NCBI GenBank assembly: GCA_963698385.1
Contig: CAVOQP010000006.1
Location: 17,097 to 81,096, forward strand
DNA: 64,000 nucleotides
Reading direction: 5' to 3'
Origin: an uncultured Acidimicrobiia bacterium
GTDB lineage: Bacteria > Actinomycetota > Acidimicrobiia > Spongiisociales > JAENVV01
Shown here: piece after piece, positions 1 through 9,462 of the stretch
Numbering within the stretch: position 1 is the stretch's first letter
Layout of the letters: each line of letters starts with the position of its first letter
The notes under the pieces: model-generated
What the model was told of the DNA's origin: nothing
What the model saw: the letters and a program-made list of their open reading frames with translations, nothing else
Databases searched by the model: none
Program-made: the position numbers and the translations under genes

Positions 1-121
1 TCCACTAGGTTCGCTTCGCTTGCGACCGGAACACGAGGAAGCTGACCCTGATCCGGAAGCGGCTGGGCGGGCTCGTACAGCGAGACTTCCGCCGCCTGAA
101 TGGTGCAACCACCCCGCCTGA

Positions 122-382
122 TCAGCCGCCGCTGACCGCTTGCAGCACCCTGATCTCGCTGGCGGCTCCGATCTTCGCGTCGAGGCCGGCTCGGGTGCCG
201 TCGACGAACACCACGACATGGTCACGGATGGAGCCACCCTCATCGAGGAGGTGGGACCGCAGCGCCGGCTCCCTGTCGAACAACCGACCAAGGGCCTCGG
301 CCAGGGTGCTCCCCGTCACCTGATGTGTGAGGCCGAGGCGTGCCACCGGCTCCAAGACGCGCGGGAGTCGAAGCTCGGCCAT
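122..382 (-). CDS. MoaD/ThiS family ubiquitin-like (beta-grasp) protein
   Basis: 86 aa from MAELRLP; ends in AVSGG di-glycine; start overlaps the upstream gene's stop (TGATG at 380-384). Confidence 0.85.
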   Translation of the reverse strand: MAELRLPRVLEPVARLGLTHQVTGSTLAEALGRLFDREPALRSHLLDEGGSIRDHVVVFVDGTRAGLDAKIGAASEIRVLQAVSGG

Positions 383-1410
383 CAAAGAAGCGACACGGCA
401 GCGATGCGGGGGAAGGCCGCGGCCAAGCAGTCCCACGAACCACCGTTGTCCTCGGTGACCCATACATCCCCACCGGTGGTGCCGAAGGCGAAGAGTCCCT
501 CCCCATTACCGTCGTAGGCCCCGCGGAGCACCGCGGTGTACTGAGGAGCGTCCGGCCAGCCGGAGCCGGCCACCGCCCATGAGTCACCTTCGTCGTCGGA
601 CGAAAAGGCCCGCAGCTGCCCTCCCACGGGGAGACGGTTCTCGTCCGACTCCAGGGGGATCGTGAAGAGACGCCCGCTTCCATGGTCCCTCCAGATCGTG
701 AAGCCGAAGTCGGCGGGAAGGCCGTTGGCGATGCGCTCCCAGGTGTCTCCGGCATCCCTGGTTCGGTGCATCCCCATGTGGTCCTGCCGCCAGATGTGGG
801 CCGGCTGAGCGGGATCCTGCGCCAGGGCATGGACGCAATACCCCACCTCGGGTCGCGGCGCACCCTCGGGAGTGCCCGCCGCCGGAATCCCGTCGTTCTT
901 GAGATCCCAGGTCGCGCGGCCGTCATCCGACCGGAAGACACCGACGGCGGAGATCCCGACCCACATGGAACCGTTGGTGGTGAGGATGTTGTGGGCCGCG
1001 AGGCCTCCAAGCCCGGGTTGCCAATCAGCGCGAGTGCGATGCTCGTTGAGACCGGCAATCGGTGCCCAGGCTGCTCCGTCGTCGGAGACGAAGAGCCCGG
1101 CGTGGGCGACGCCGGTGTAGATGCGCCCGTCTGCGTTGTGGAACCGCCAGATCTGCTCCATCTTCCGGTCGGAGCCCTCGTCCCACGATGGGGGAGTGTC
1201 GACGGGGTCCCAGGCCTGGAGGTCCCGACTGCGGTGTATCCCCACACCGAACCAGTTGCTGGCCACTGCGGCGAGGTACGTACCGTCCGGGGTCCGGCCG
1301 AAGGCGGTCACCTTCCAGCCCGGGAACAAGGGTCCTTCGGCGGTCCATCCCGAGCGAGACCTGGTCAGGACGTAGCCGCCCTTCTCGGTGCCAACGAGCA
1401 ATCGTTTCAT
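382..1410 (-). CDS. BNR/Asp-box repeat beta-propeller protein (sialidase-like fold)
   Basis: Repeated S/TxDxGxxW Asp-boxes (SDDGRATW, TRDAGDTW, SDDEGDSW, TEDNGGSW); start MKRLLVGTEKG preceded by TATGTT-6nt. Confidence 0.85.
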   Translation of the reverse strand: MKRLLVGTEKGGYVLTRSRSGWTAEGPLFPGWKVTAFGRTPDGTYLAAVASNWFGVGIHRSRDLQAWDPVDTPPSWDEGSDRKMEQIWRFHNADGRIYTGVAHAGLFVSDDGAAWAPIAGLNEHRTRADWQPGLGGLAAHNILTTNGSMWVGISAVGVFRSDDGRATWDLKNDGIPAAGTPEGAPRPEVGYCVHALAQDPAQPAHIWRQDHMGMHRTRDAGDTWERIANGLPADFGFTIWRDHGSGRLFTIPLESDENRLPVGGQLRAFSSDDEGDSWAVAGSGWPDAPQYTAVLRGAYDGNGEGLFAFGTTGGDVWVTEDNGGSWDCLAAAFPRIAAVSLL

Positions 1411-1493
1411 GTCGCGAACATAGCTGTCAGCCGGCCCTGCTGGGGAGGACTTCGGTGGGCTCGCCATTCATCCAGGGGTAGCCGCCCCTGTCG

Positions 1494-2357
1494 TCACAAC
1501 CAGCGGAGCGCCCCGACCAGCATCCCGGCCGCCACCGCGACGAACGTGGCCACCGCCGAAATCGTCAGCGTGCGATCCATGCGCCGAGGGATCGACGCGA
1601 GCAGCACCGTTGCCGGCAGGATCCCGGCGATGCCGGCCCCCACAGCGCCGGGAACCTGGTCCCGTAGGAACGCCAGTCCGGCGCCGGCGATGGTGAGGAG
1701 CGCGCCGATCAGCAGGACAGTCCGCCGACGACCGATGCGAACGGCCATTACCCGCTTGCCGGACAGCCCATCGCTGTCGACGTCGGGTAGTTCGAACGCC
1801 AGCATCATCGCCACATGGAGGAGGAAGAGAATCCCCACCGTCCGCCAGAGGGCGGTGCCGGGCCGATCGCCCTGGGCGAGGACACCGATCAGCGGAACCA
1901 TCACCGCCACCACCAAGGACGTGGCTGCCTCGCCCCAGCCGGTCCCGAGGAGGCGGAGTGGTGGGGTCGAGTACGACCACGAGATCCCCAGCGCCGCCAA
2001 TCCCAGCAGCGCTGCAGGCACACTGATGAAGGCGAGGGCACCGGCGGCCACGATGGCGATCACCGTCGTCACCCACGCCGCTCGGAGGGCGACGGTCGGG
2101 GAGAGGAGGCCCTCGGTCAGGACACCGCTGCCTCCGGAGAAGAGCGTGCGCCGGGCGACCATCCGGTCCGGTTCGACGTCGGCCCACTCATTGACGTAGT
2201 GCGCTGTCACCTGGGAGGCCGTGACCATCACCTGCCCGACCAGGTACCCGAGGGGGTCGAGTTCCCGGGCGGTCGAGGCTCCGAGGCCGAACATGAGGAA
2301 TCCTCCCAGGAGGAAGTGGGGACGGCTGAGGCGAACGAAGGCCCAGACCTGCGGCAT
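1494..2357 (-). CDS. UbiA-family prenyltransferase (MenA-like)
   Basis: Multi-TM; NEWAD and ELPDVDSD..GKR Asp-rich motifs, YSTPPLRL; start taken at MPQVWAF. Confidence 0.8.
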   Translation of the reverse strand: MPQVWAFVRLSRPHFLLGGFLMFGLGASTARELDPLGYLVGQVMVTASQVTAHYVNEWADVEPDRMVARRTLFSGGSGVLTEGLLSPTVALRAAWVTTVIAIVAAGALAFISVPAALLGLAALGISWSYSTPPLRLLGTGWGEAATSLVVAVMVPLIGVLAQGDRPGTALWRTVGILFLLHVAMMLAFELPDVDSDGLSGKRVMAVRIGRRRTVLLIGALLTIAGAGLAFLRDQVPGAVGAGIAGILPATVLLASIPRRMDRTLTISAVATFVAVAAGMLVGALRWL

Positions 2358-2503
2358 TGCATCATTGTGGGCCGCTGTCGGGCATGAGGTCGAGCCGTCC
2401 TGGTCATGAGTGCCCAAGGCCCACGGGGTGGCATTCCCATCGCCCCACACGACTCGGTGCCTCCGAGTACAGCGGAGCGGACATGTCCGCCGAAGCGGTG
2501 ACC

Positions 2504-4411
2504 TCAACGGGCCCGGAAAAGGTCCTGGACCTCGGTCAGGCCTGAGTCAGCAGCACTGGTCACCACCACGACCCCCACGGTCGGTTGGTCGGTGATGAGG
2601 TGTCGCATCACCCCTGCCCGCACCGAGCCAGCGCTCACCAGCAGATCGCCGGGGCGGAGGACGCTGTCGAGCGGTTCCTGGGTCGATGTCCAACCGACTG
2701 GGAGCGGACGCGGTTCGGTCGATCTCACGAGGACCGGCCCCAATGACTTGGAGAGAGCAGCCGCCAGGCCCGTCGCCACAGCCGCGTCCGGAGCGCCCCC
2801 GCCGAGGTCGCCGAGATCGAGTACGACCCGGCCGAAATCGGCGCTGGGGAGCCAGGCGGCCGCCACTGGGGCCGGGGCCTGGCCGACGATGTCATCGAGG
2901 ATCGTTCCGAGGATCCGATCCCGGGCATGAGACTCGGCTTTCCAGCCAACCAGCACCAGGGTCCCCTCCGACTCGGCCACCGCGTGGACAACGGCTGACG
3001 CCACCGATGAGTCGACTCGGACGATTCCATCGACCTCTGCCCCCAGACGGCGCACCATGGTCTCCACCTCAGCCATCAGCCGCCTTCCGTTCGAGATTCG
3101 GTCGGCACCCGGGGAGGTCACGACGTGAAGCGGAACCACCGAGCCTGCATCGGCCCGCGCGATCCGCACCGCCAGTTGGACCAGGCTCGGGGCAGCGTCG
3201 GGGTTGGCGATGGGCACGATGATCGACCGCCCCAGGCTGACGGAGGCTGCAGCATCATGATCCATACGAGGCGCGGCGCGACCGGCGCTCCATGACGTGA
3301 CGATCACCGTCACGAGGACAACGACGAGGACTGCGTTGACGACCTGCTCGCCGAAGAGGCCGAGGTTGAACGCAACGATGGTCGCCGCCAGGGTGGCGGC
3401 GGCCTGGGCCCCGGAAAGCGAGAACATTACGGTGACCCGCTGCCGATCGAACCCGAACAAGCGCCCCGCCAGCCACGCCGCCAGCCACTTCGTCCCCAAT
3501 GCGACGGACGAGAAGATCCCAGCAAGGCCAAGTGTGCCGATATCGGTGACGACCCGAACGTCAATCAGCATCCCGACCGAGACGAGGAAGATAGGGATCA
3601 GTAGAGCCGATCCCACGAATTCGATCCGTTGCATGAGCACGCCGCCGTTCGGCACCAGTCGGTTCAGGGCCAGGCCTGTGAGGAATGCACCGACGATTCC
3701 TTCGATGCCCACGGCCTCGGCAAGAAGGGCGCTGCCGAGGAAGGCGGTGAACACGAACAGGAACCGGAGGAGCCGTTCTTGACCGAGACCCCGGAAGAAC
3801 CAAGAAGCGATGAGCGGGATCAACCAGGCCGTGACCAGGCCGAGGATGGCCAGGCCGGGGAGCAGGGCGACGAGGAATCGCACACCCATGCCGCCCGACT
3901 CGACGCTTCCAGCCACCACCGCCAGCACCAGCAACGCCAGTGTGTCGGTGATAACCGTCGCCCCCACCGCCGATGCCACCGCTGGGTCTCCGGCCAATCC
4001 GTGGCGGCGGATGATCGGATAGGCCACGAGCGTGTGCGACGCCCAGAGTGAGCCGATGAGGATCGAAGCTGCGGTCCCGTAGTCGAGGAGCAGGGCCACG
4101 CCGGTGCCGACGCCCAACGGAATCACAAAGGTCAGCAGTCCGAAACCCACGGCGGAGCGCCGATGGCGCTGGAGGACGTCAAGGTCGAGTTCCAACCCCG
4201 CCAAGAACATCAAGTACAGGAGCCCGACGCCCCCGAGGACCTCGACGGTCCCGGCTCGGTCCACGAGGCCCAGCCCTTCACCCCCCACCACCAAGCCGCC
4301 CACCACCAACCCGATGACCCCGGGGAGGCGGAGGCGTTCCGCTGCCAATGGTGCCAGGAGAATGACCAGGGCGAGAACGAAGAAGACACCTGCCGGTGAG
4401 TTGAGTGTTAT
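2504..4411 (-). CDS. Cation:proton antiporter (CPA2) with C-terminal universal-stress-protein-like domain
   Basis: GLLYLMFLAGLELD and SHT motifs, about 12 TM segments, then IIVPIANP USP-like domain; frame stays open upstream of the TTG at 4348 to an ATA at 4411 preceded by GAGGAG. Confidence 0.85.
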   Translation of the reverse strand: MTLNSPAGVFFVLALVILLAPLAAERLRLPGVIGLVVGGLVVGGEGLGLVDRAGTVEVLGGVGLLYLMFLAGLELDLDVLQRHRRSAVGFGLLTFVIPLGVGTGVALLLDYGTAASILIGSLWASHTLVAYPIIRRHGLAGDPAVASAVGATVITDTLALLVLAVVAGSVESGGMGVRFLVALLPGLAILGLVTAWLIPLIASWFFRGLGQERLLRFLFVFTAFLGSALLAEAVGIEGIVGAFLTGLALNRLVPNGGVLMQRIEFVGSALLIPIFLVSVGMLIDVRVVTDIGTLGLAGIFSSVALGTKWLAAWLAGRLFGFDRQRVTVMFSLSGAQAAATLAATIVAFNLGLFGEQVVNAVLVVVLVTVIVTSWSAGRAAPRMDHDAAASVSLGRSIIVPIANPDAAPSLVQLAVRIARADAGSVVPLHVVTSPGADRISNGRRLMAEVETMVRRLGAEVDGIVRVDSSVASAVVHAVAESEGTLVLVGWKAESHARDRILGTILDDIVGQAPAPVAAAWLPSADFGRVVLDLGDLGGGAPDAAVATGLAAALSKSLGPVLVRSTEPRPLPVGWTSTQEPLDSVLRPGDLLVSAGSVRAGVMRHLITDQPTVGVVVVTSAADSGLTEVQDLFRAR

Positions 4412-4444
4412 CGCTGCTCCTCGCTGTCTGCGGACGATACCGCG

Positions 4445-6493
4445 GTGAGTGCCATCCGTACCGAGCCAGCTGCCGGTAGCTCGAGGCGAGACCCGTCCGA
4501 GGCCGCGGGCGACCCGGGTGTCTCCCGCCTACGCTTGCCGGTGGGAAGGAGCCTTTTGGCATTCAGGAAGGTGTTGTCGGCCGCGGACGCGGTCGCAGTG
4601 ATCCAGTCCGGCGATTCGCTGGCGACCAACGGCTACGGCGGGAACGGCGTCCCCGAAGCGCTCCTGATCGCCCTCGAGGAACGCTTCCTTGACTGCGGTG
4701 AGCCGAGGGGCCTGACGCTGATCCATGCCAGTGGCCAGGGCGATTCGGGCGAACGCGGACTCAACCACCTGGGCCACGAGGGCCTCCTGCAGCGGGTCAT
4801 CGGCGGTCACTTCGGGCTGATGCCCAAGATCGCCGAGCTGGCCCGGGCCGAGAAGCTGGAGGCGTACAACTTCCCCGAAGGTGCCCTCGTCCACCTGTAT
4901 CGTGACATCGCCGCCGGGCATGCCGGGAGCCTCTCCAAGGTGGGGCTGGGTACCTTCGTGGATCCTCGGCTCGAAGGCGGCAAGATCAACTCCTGCGCCA
5001 AGGAGGACCTCGTGGAGGTCGTCGAGTTTCACGACGAGGAGTGGTTGTTCTACAAGTCGTTCCCGATCGACATCGTGTTCATCAGGGGGACCACGGCGGA
5101 TCCTGATGGCAACATCACCATGGAGCACGAGACGTCGTCGGGGGAGAACCTCTCGTTGGCGATCGCAGCCCGGGCGTCCGGCGGGTATGTCATCGCCCAG
5201 GTGGAGCGGTTGGCCGAGTCGGGGACGCTGGACTCGCGCGAGATCCGAGTGCCCGGGGTGCTGGTTGACGCGGTCGTGGTCGCACCACCCCAACACCACC
5301 TCCAGACCTGGGCCAGTGCGTACAACCCATCGCTGTCGGGGGAGATCCGCACCCCACTCCAGCTCTTAGGGGCTGCTCCGCTCGACTACCGCAAGGTGAT
5401 CGCCCGCCGCGCCGCACTCGAACTGGAGGCCAATGCGGTGGTCAACGTCGGGGTGGGCCTCCCCGACACGGTGGGTGGCATTGTCGGGGAGGAACGCGTC
5501 CACGACCTCATCACGATGGCGATCGACCCGGGGGTCTTCGGGGGGATACCGCTCGGCGGTGGCGACTTCGGAGCCTCCCTGAACCCCGAAGCCGTCATCG
5601 ACCACGGCTATTCCTTCGACTTCATCGACGGGGGCGGACTCGACTCCGTGTTCCTCGGGGTGGGCGAAGCCGACCGGTTCGGCAACGTGAACGTCAGCCG
5701 CTTCGCAGGTCGGATCGCCGGCTGTGGAGGCTTCATCAACCTGACCCAGAACACGAACCACGTCGTGTTCATGACCGGGTTCACGGCCGGCGGGCTGAAG
5801 GTCGGCCTCGACGATGGCCTCGTCACCATCGACCGGGAGGGAACCGTCAAGAAGTTCATCCGCGACGTCGAGCAGGTCACGTTCAATGGCCAGATGGCCG
5901 CGGCGCAGGGGAAGAACGTGATCTACGTCACGGAACGTTGCGTCCTCCGACTGGTCGAGGGTGGCCTCAGTCTCACCGAAGTGGCGCCCGGCATCGACGT
6001 CGAGCGGGACATCCTGGACGGTTTGGACTTCGATCTCGTGTCGGTGGACTTCGTCCCGATGGACAAGTCCCTGTTCCTTGATGGTTCGATCGGCCTCCGG
6101 GAGCGATTGCTCGACCTCGGGGTCCAGGAACGGCTGTCGTATGACGTTGAATCGAACACCGTCTTCCTCAACTTCGCCGGCATGCGGATCAGGTCGCCGG
6201 GCCAGATCGAGAGGATCGTGGCGGCCGTGGACGCACTCCTGGAACCGATCGGTCACAAGGTCAACTCCGTCGTCAACTACGACCGCTTCGACGTCGCCGA
6301 CGACCTCCTCGAGGTATACGCCGACGCGGTTCGCTACGTGGAGGAGACCTACTACTTGAAGGTCGCCCGGTACACAACCAGCGGGTTCATGCGCCTCAAA
6401 CTTGGCCGCGAGTTCCGCGAACGCTCGCTCGCATCCGAGCTCTACGGGTCAGCCGACGAAGCCGCCCACCACGTGGCGGCGGGGCCCGAGTAG
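4445..6493 (+). CDS. Family I acyl-CoA:acetate/propionate CoA-transferase (YdiF/Pct-like, fused alpha-beta) with C-terminal extension
   Basis: GQGD, IGGHFG, GLGTFVDPR, RGTTADPDGNITME, GNVNVS, GCGGFIN, YVTERCV motifs; exact start uncertain. Confidence 0.88.
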   Translation: MSAIRTEPAAGSSRRDPSEAAGDPGVSRLRLPVGRSLLAFRKVLSAADAVAVIQSGDSLATNGYGGNGVPEALLIALEERFLDCGEPRGLTLIHASGQGDSGERGLNHLGHEGLLQRVIGGHFGLMPKIAELARAEKLEAYNFPEGALVHLYRDIAAGHAGSLSKVGLGTFVDPRLEGGKINSCAKEDLVEVVEFHDEEWLFYKSFPIDIVFIRGTTADPDGNITMEHETSSGENLSLAIAARASGGYVIAQVERLAESGTLDSREIRVPGVLVDAVVVAPPQHHLQTWASAYNPSLSGEIRTPLQLLGAAPLDYRKVIARRAALELEANAVVNVGVGLPDTVGGIVGEERVHDLITMAIDPGVFGGIPLGGGDFGASLNPEAVIDHGYSFDFIDGGGLDSVFLGVGEADRFGNVNVSRFAGRIAGCGGFINLTQNTNHVVFMTGFTAGGLKVGLDDGLVTIDREGTVKKFIRDVEQVTFNGQMAAAQGKNVIYVTERCVLRLVEGGLSLTEVAPGIDVERDILDGLDFDLVSVDFVPMDKSLFLDGSIGLRERLLDLGVQERLSYDVESNTVFLNFAGMRIRSPGQIERIVAAVDALLEPIGHKVNSVVNYDRFDVADDLLEVYADAVRYVEETYYLKVARYTTSGFMRLKLGREFRERSLASELYGSADEAAHHVAAGPE

Positions 6494-6529
6494 CCCGGTA
6501 ACGGCGTTGGCCGGCTCGTCGTCAGGCCG

Positions 6530-7147
6530 TCAGGTCGCAACGCCCTGCGAGCGCCCGGCCCCGACCAGGTCGACGATGCTGACGAGGACCACCCAGACCA
6601 TGAAGACCAGGATCCCGATCCAGGGAGCGAGGGCTCCCAGGACGACGATCCCCGCCACACCGCCGAGCCAGGCTGGCAGTGCCCGATGCGCGAAGCTCGC
6701 CATCGCGGCCGAGATTCCCATCGCCAGGAGGCCGGGGGTGAAGAGGTACGAGCTGTTCCAGGAGAAATCGACGGCCATCTGCGCCACCTCGAGGTGTCCG
6801 TTCTCCCCGGCGACGCCGCCGGCGAGCTCGACACCTGTCATGAGGATCATCGCACCGGCGAGCGCCACGCCACCGGCCAGGAACGCGTCCCCCGCCCATC
6901 CGGCCCCGGCCGCCTGGAACATGGAACGAACGTGCGCCACGAAGATGAGCAGGAAGCCGATTCCGATGGTGCTCAGCATGGCTGCGGTCCCGACGGCGTC
7001 GGCGCTCTCGGCGTATTGCGCGAGCACGGTGCTCGCAGCACTCGAGGGATCGGCTTCGATCCCTTCCAAAACACTGATGCTTGCCACCACGCCGGCTACC
7101 GAGAGCAACCCGCTCAGGGGCCCGAACCAACCGTGTGCCTTGCCCAT
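6530..7147 (-). CDS. Integral membrane protein (possibly DUF4386-like)
   Basis: 5-6 hydrophobic segments, LPAWLG motif; GAGGA RBS upstream. Confidence 0.6.
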   Translation of the reverse strand: MGKAHGWFGPLSGLLSVAGVVASISVLEGIEADPSSAASTVLAQYAESADAVGTAAMLSTIGIGFLLIFVAHVRSMFQAAGAGWAGDAFLAGGVALAGAMILMTGVELAGGVAGENGHLEVAQMAVDFSWNSSYLFTPGLLAMGISAAMASFAHRALPAWLGGVAGIVVLGALAPWIGILVFMVWVVLVSIVDLVGAGRSQGVAT

Positions 7148-7179
7148 ATCGATGTCCTCTCTGGGGTGTCATCCCTACA

Positions 7180-7207
7180 GACGAGTGACAAGCGGGTCCG
7201 GGTGACA
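7180..7207 (-). promoter_or_regulatory. Possible ECF sigma promoter for the membrane protein gene
   Basis: TGTCACC-n17-CGTC on the minus strand, close to the ECF41-type TGTCACA-n16-CGTC pattern but one base longer. Confidence 0.3.
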
Positions 7208-7361
7208 TCCGGCAGGGACTCGTCGGCAAGGTCGTCGCTGTGATGGTCGCCTCGAGGCTCCCTGCTGCGGGCCTGCAATCGATTCGGCCCCAAGAAAACC
7301 GGCGGGATCCGGGACGCGGTCCACCCCCTTCGGGATAACCTCCACCTGGGAGGTGATAGAT

Positions 7362-8573
7362 ATGCAGCGGTACGGGGCCTTCGTCGATTCAGAGGAGGAC
7401 CTTGCCCTCCTGCGACTGGTCAGGGAGTACGTCGACCGGGAGATCATGCCGGTCCGGAGTCGACTCGACCACGACCCGAAGGCGTTCGAGGACGTCTACG
7501 GCGGGCTTGTGGAACTGGGCCTCCAGCGGCGGGGCTTTTCAGCCTCCTATGGGGGATTGGGTATCCGCTCCGCCACAACCGTGTGTGCCATCACCGAGGA
7601 GGTCTCCCGGGGTGACAGCGGGGTCTCGCTCCACGCCCTCATCGTCCCGTGGTCGATGGCTGCAGCAATGGGGGCACGCAACCAGGTCCTCATGGATACC
7701 TTCATACCGCTGTTCTGTGGCGACGAGATCCGGTGCGGGTGCCTGGCGATCACGGAACCGGCGGGGGGCGCCAACATCGAGGATGCCGGCGAGAAGGGCC
7801 TGACGATCCGCACCACGGCGGTGCTCGACGGGGACGAGTGGGTGATCAACGGCGAGAAGATGTGGCCGAGCGGCGCCGGCATCGCCGACGTGTACTGCGT
7901 GGTGTGCACCACCGACCCCAAGGCGGGCACCGATGGGGTGGCGCTCATCTACGTGCCCAAGGGTGCCGAGGGCCTGACCTTCGGGGAGCCTGAGAAGAAG
8001 ATGGGCATGCGCACCACCGATGTGAACGCTGCCATCCATTTCGACAACGTGCGGGTGCCCAAGGAGTATCGAGCGGGCGGTCCCGGGGTCGACTGGACCC
8101 TGTTCAGGAACAACATTGCCTGGGGGCGGCTGACGAGCGCCCCGATGAGCCTGGGGAACGCACAGGCAGCACTCGAGACGGTCATCGAATACACGGCCAG
8201 CCGCTTCTACGGAGGGAAGTCCGTCCGGAAGCACTCACTGCAGGCAGCGATGCTCGCCGACATGGCAATTGCCATCGAGGCGGCAAGGGCGCACTACATG
8301 TCGGTCGCCGCCATGTTCAACGACAGGGCGCGGTTCGGCAGCCCGGGCGATGACTTCCTCCTCGCCCGGGCAAGTGCGGCCAAGGTCCATGCCTGTGAGG
8401 TGACCGAGATGGTGTGCAACCGGGCGATGGAGCTCATGGGGTCGTACGGCTATTCGGCCGACTATCCCATCGAGAAGTACCTACGCGACAGCAAGATCAT
8501 CGCCATCTGGCTGGGCGGCCCGCAGTTGGCCCGCCTCGACGTCGCCCACAGCTACTACCCCTACTACGGGTAG
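7362..8573 (+). CDS. Acyl-CoA dehydrogenase
   Basis: AITEPAGG, WVINGEKMW, KMGMR, FDNVRVP, ELMGSYGY..YPIEKYLRD motifs; GGAGG RBS. Confidence 0.92.
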   Translation: MQRYGAFVDSEEDLALLRLVREYVDREIMPVRSRLDHDPKAFEDVYGGLVELGLQRRGFSASYGGLGIRSATTVCAITEEVSRGDSGVSLHALIVPWSMAAAMGARNQVLMDTFIPLFCGDEIRCGCLAITEPAGGANIEDAGEKGLTIRTTAVLDGDEWVINGEKMWPSGAGIADVYCVVCTTDPKAGTDGVALIYVPKGAEGLTFGEPEKKMGMRTTDVNAAIHFDNVRVPKEYRAGGPGVDWTLFRNNIAWGRLTSAPMSLGNAQAALETVIEYTASRFYGGKSVRKHSLQAAMLADMAIAIEAARAHYMSVAAMFNDRARFGSPGDDFLLARASAAKVHACEVTEMVCNRAMELMGSYGYSADYPIEKYLRDSKIIAIWLGGPQLARLDVAHSYYPYYG

Positions 8574-8578
8574 GGGTC

Positions 8579-9373
8579 CTACCCGGGTGAGCGGGCGGTC
8601 AGGAGCCCGTAATGGCCGTCGTAGCGGTGATAGGCCACCGATGGCTCGTTGGTGTCTTCATCGATGAAGAACACGAAGTCGCCTCCCGACGAATCGAGCA
8701 TGTCGATCGCCTTGTCGAGGTCGATCACCGGCGCCGGCTGGGGATCGATGTGGCTCACCTGGGTGGCCTGGGTGGCCGGTGTGTCGGGCTTCCCGTTGGC
8801 ATAGCGGAGCACGAGTTCACTGCCGTTGTTGCGGTGATAGAGCAAGGCTCCCGAGCCGGACTCGAGGTCGGTGAAGACGTAGAAGTCATAGTCGAGCATC
8901 GACATGTCGAACGCGGCTTCGTCAGCGGTGGCCTCCTTGGTGCCGATCGCCTTTCGACGGATGAGCTCACGATCCTCCGCCGGCCGCGGGAAGTACCCGG
9001 GCCTGGTCGTCGGGGCGTCGCCATGGTGCCAAGCCTCTTCGCCGCTCGCGTCGCGACGACCGGACACATAGCGGTCGGCGATCCTCCGCAGCTTGCGGAT
9101 GGCTCGGTCGACCACGAGGTCGGCTGCCTCACGGATGGTCCCGGCCTCGATGCGGGTACGGACGACGTGCCCGTCGGCGACATCGATGTTCGCCTGCACG
9201 ATCGCCGGGTTGGCAAGGTGCGGGGCGTCCTGGACGGTGAGCTTGAGGCGCACCTTGAGGATGGGGCGAGGGGCGACCTTGGAGAGCTGTGCCAGCTTCT
9301 GCTCGGCGTACTCCCGGTCGTCGGCGGGGACCCGTCCCCTGGTGAGCGTGATCACGTCGAAGGTGGATTCCAC
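8579..9373 (-). CDS. Ribosome hibernation factor: HPF/RaiA domain plus two S30AE C-terminal domains (RafH-like)
   Basis: N-terminal HPF fold, then two repeats (LDYDFYVFTD...LLYHR and SGGDFVFFID...VAYHRYDGHYGL); GAAAGGAG RBS. Confidence 0.8.
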   Translation of the reverse strand: MESTFDVITLTRGRVPADDREYAEQKLAQLSKVAPRPILKVRLKLTVQDAPHLANPAIVQANIDVADGHVVRTRIEAGTIREAADLVVDRAIRKLRRIADRYVSGRRDASGEEAWHHGDAPTTRPGYFPRPAEDRELIRRKAIGTKEATADEAAFDMSMLDYDFYVFTDLESGSGALLYHRNNGSELVLRYANGKPDTPATQATQVSHIDPQPAPVIDLDKAIDMLDSSGGDFVFFIDEDTNEPSVAYHRYDGHYGLLTARSPG

Positions 9374-9462
9374 GCATGCTCCTTTCGTGGCTGCCGACTA
9401 CTTCCATTCGAGTCTACGTGGGCCGGGCGTGTTGGGGGAGGCAGCTTCCGTAGGCTCGTTGC

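Noticed and set aside
682..2199. Long alternative-frame ORFs (e.g. 682-2199, 14571-16739, 20434-22540, 40721-41878, 45234-47015)
   Set aside because: Shadow ORFs typical of high-GC DNA; they overlap well-supported genes and lack recognisable motifs.
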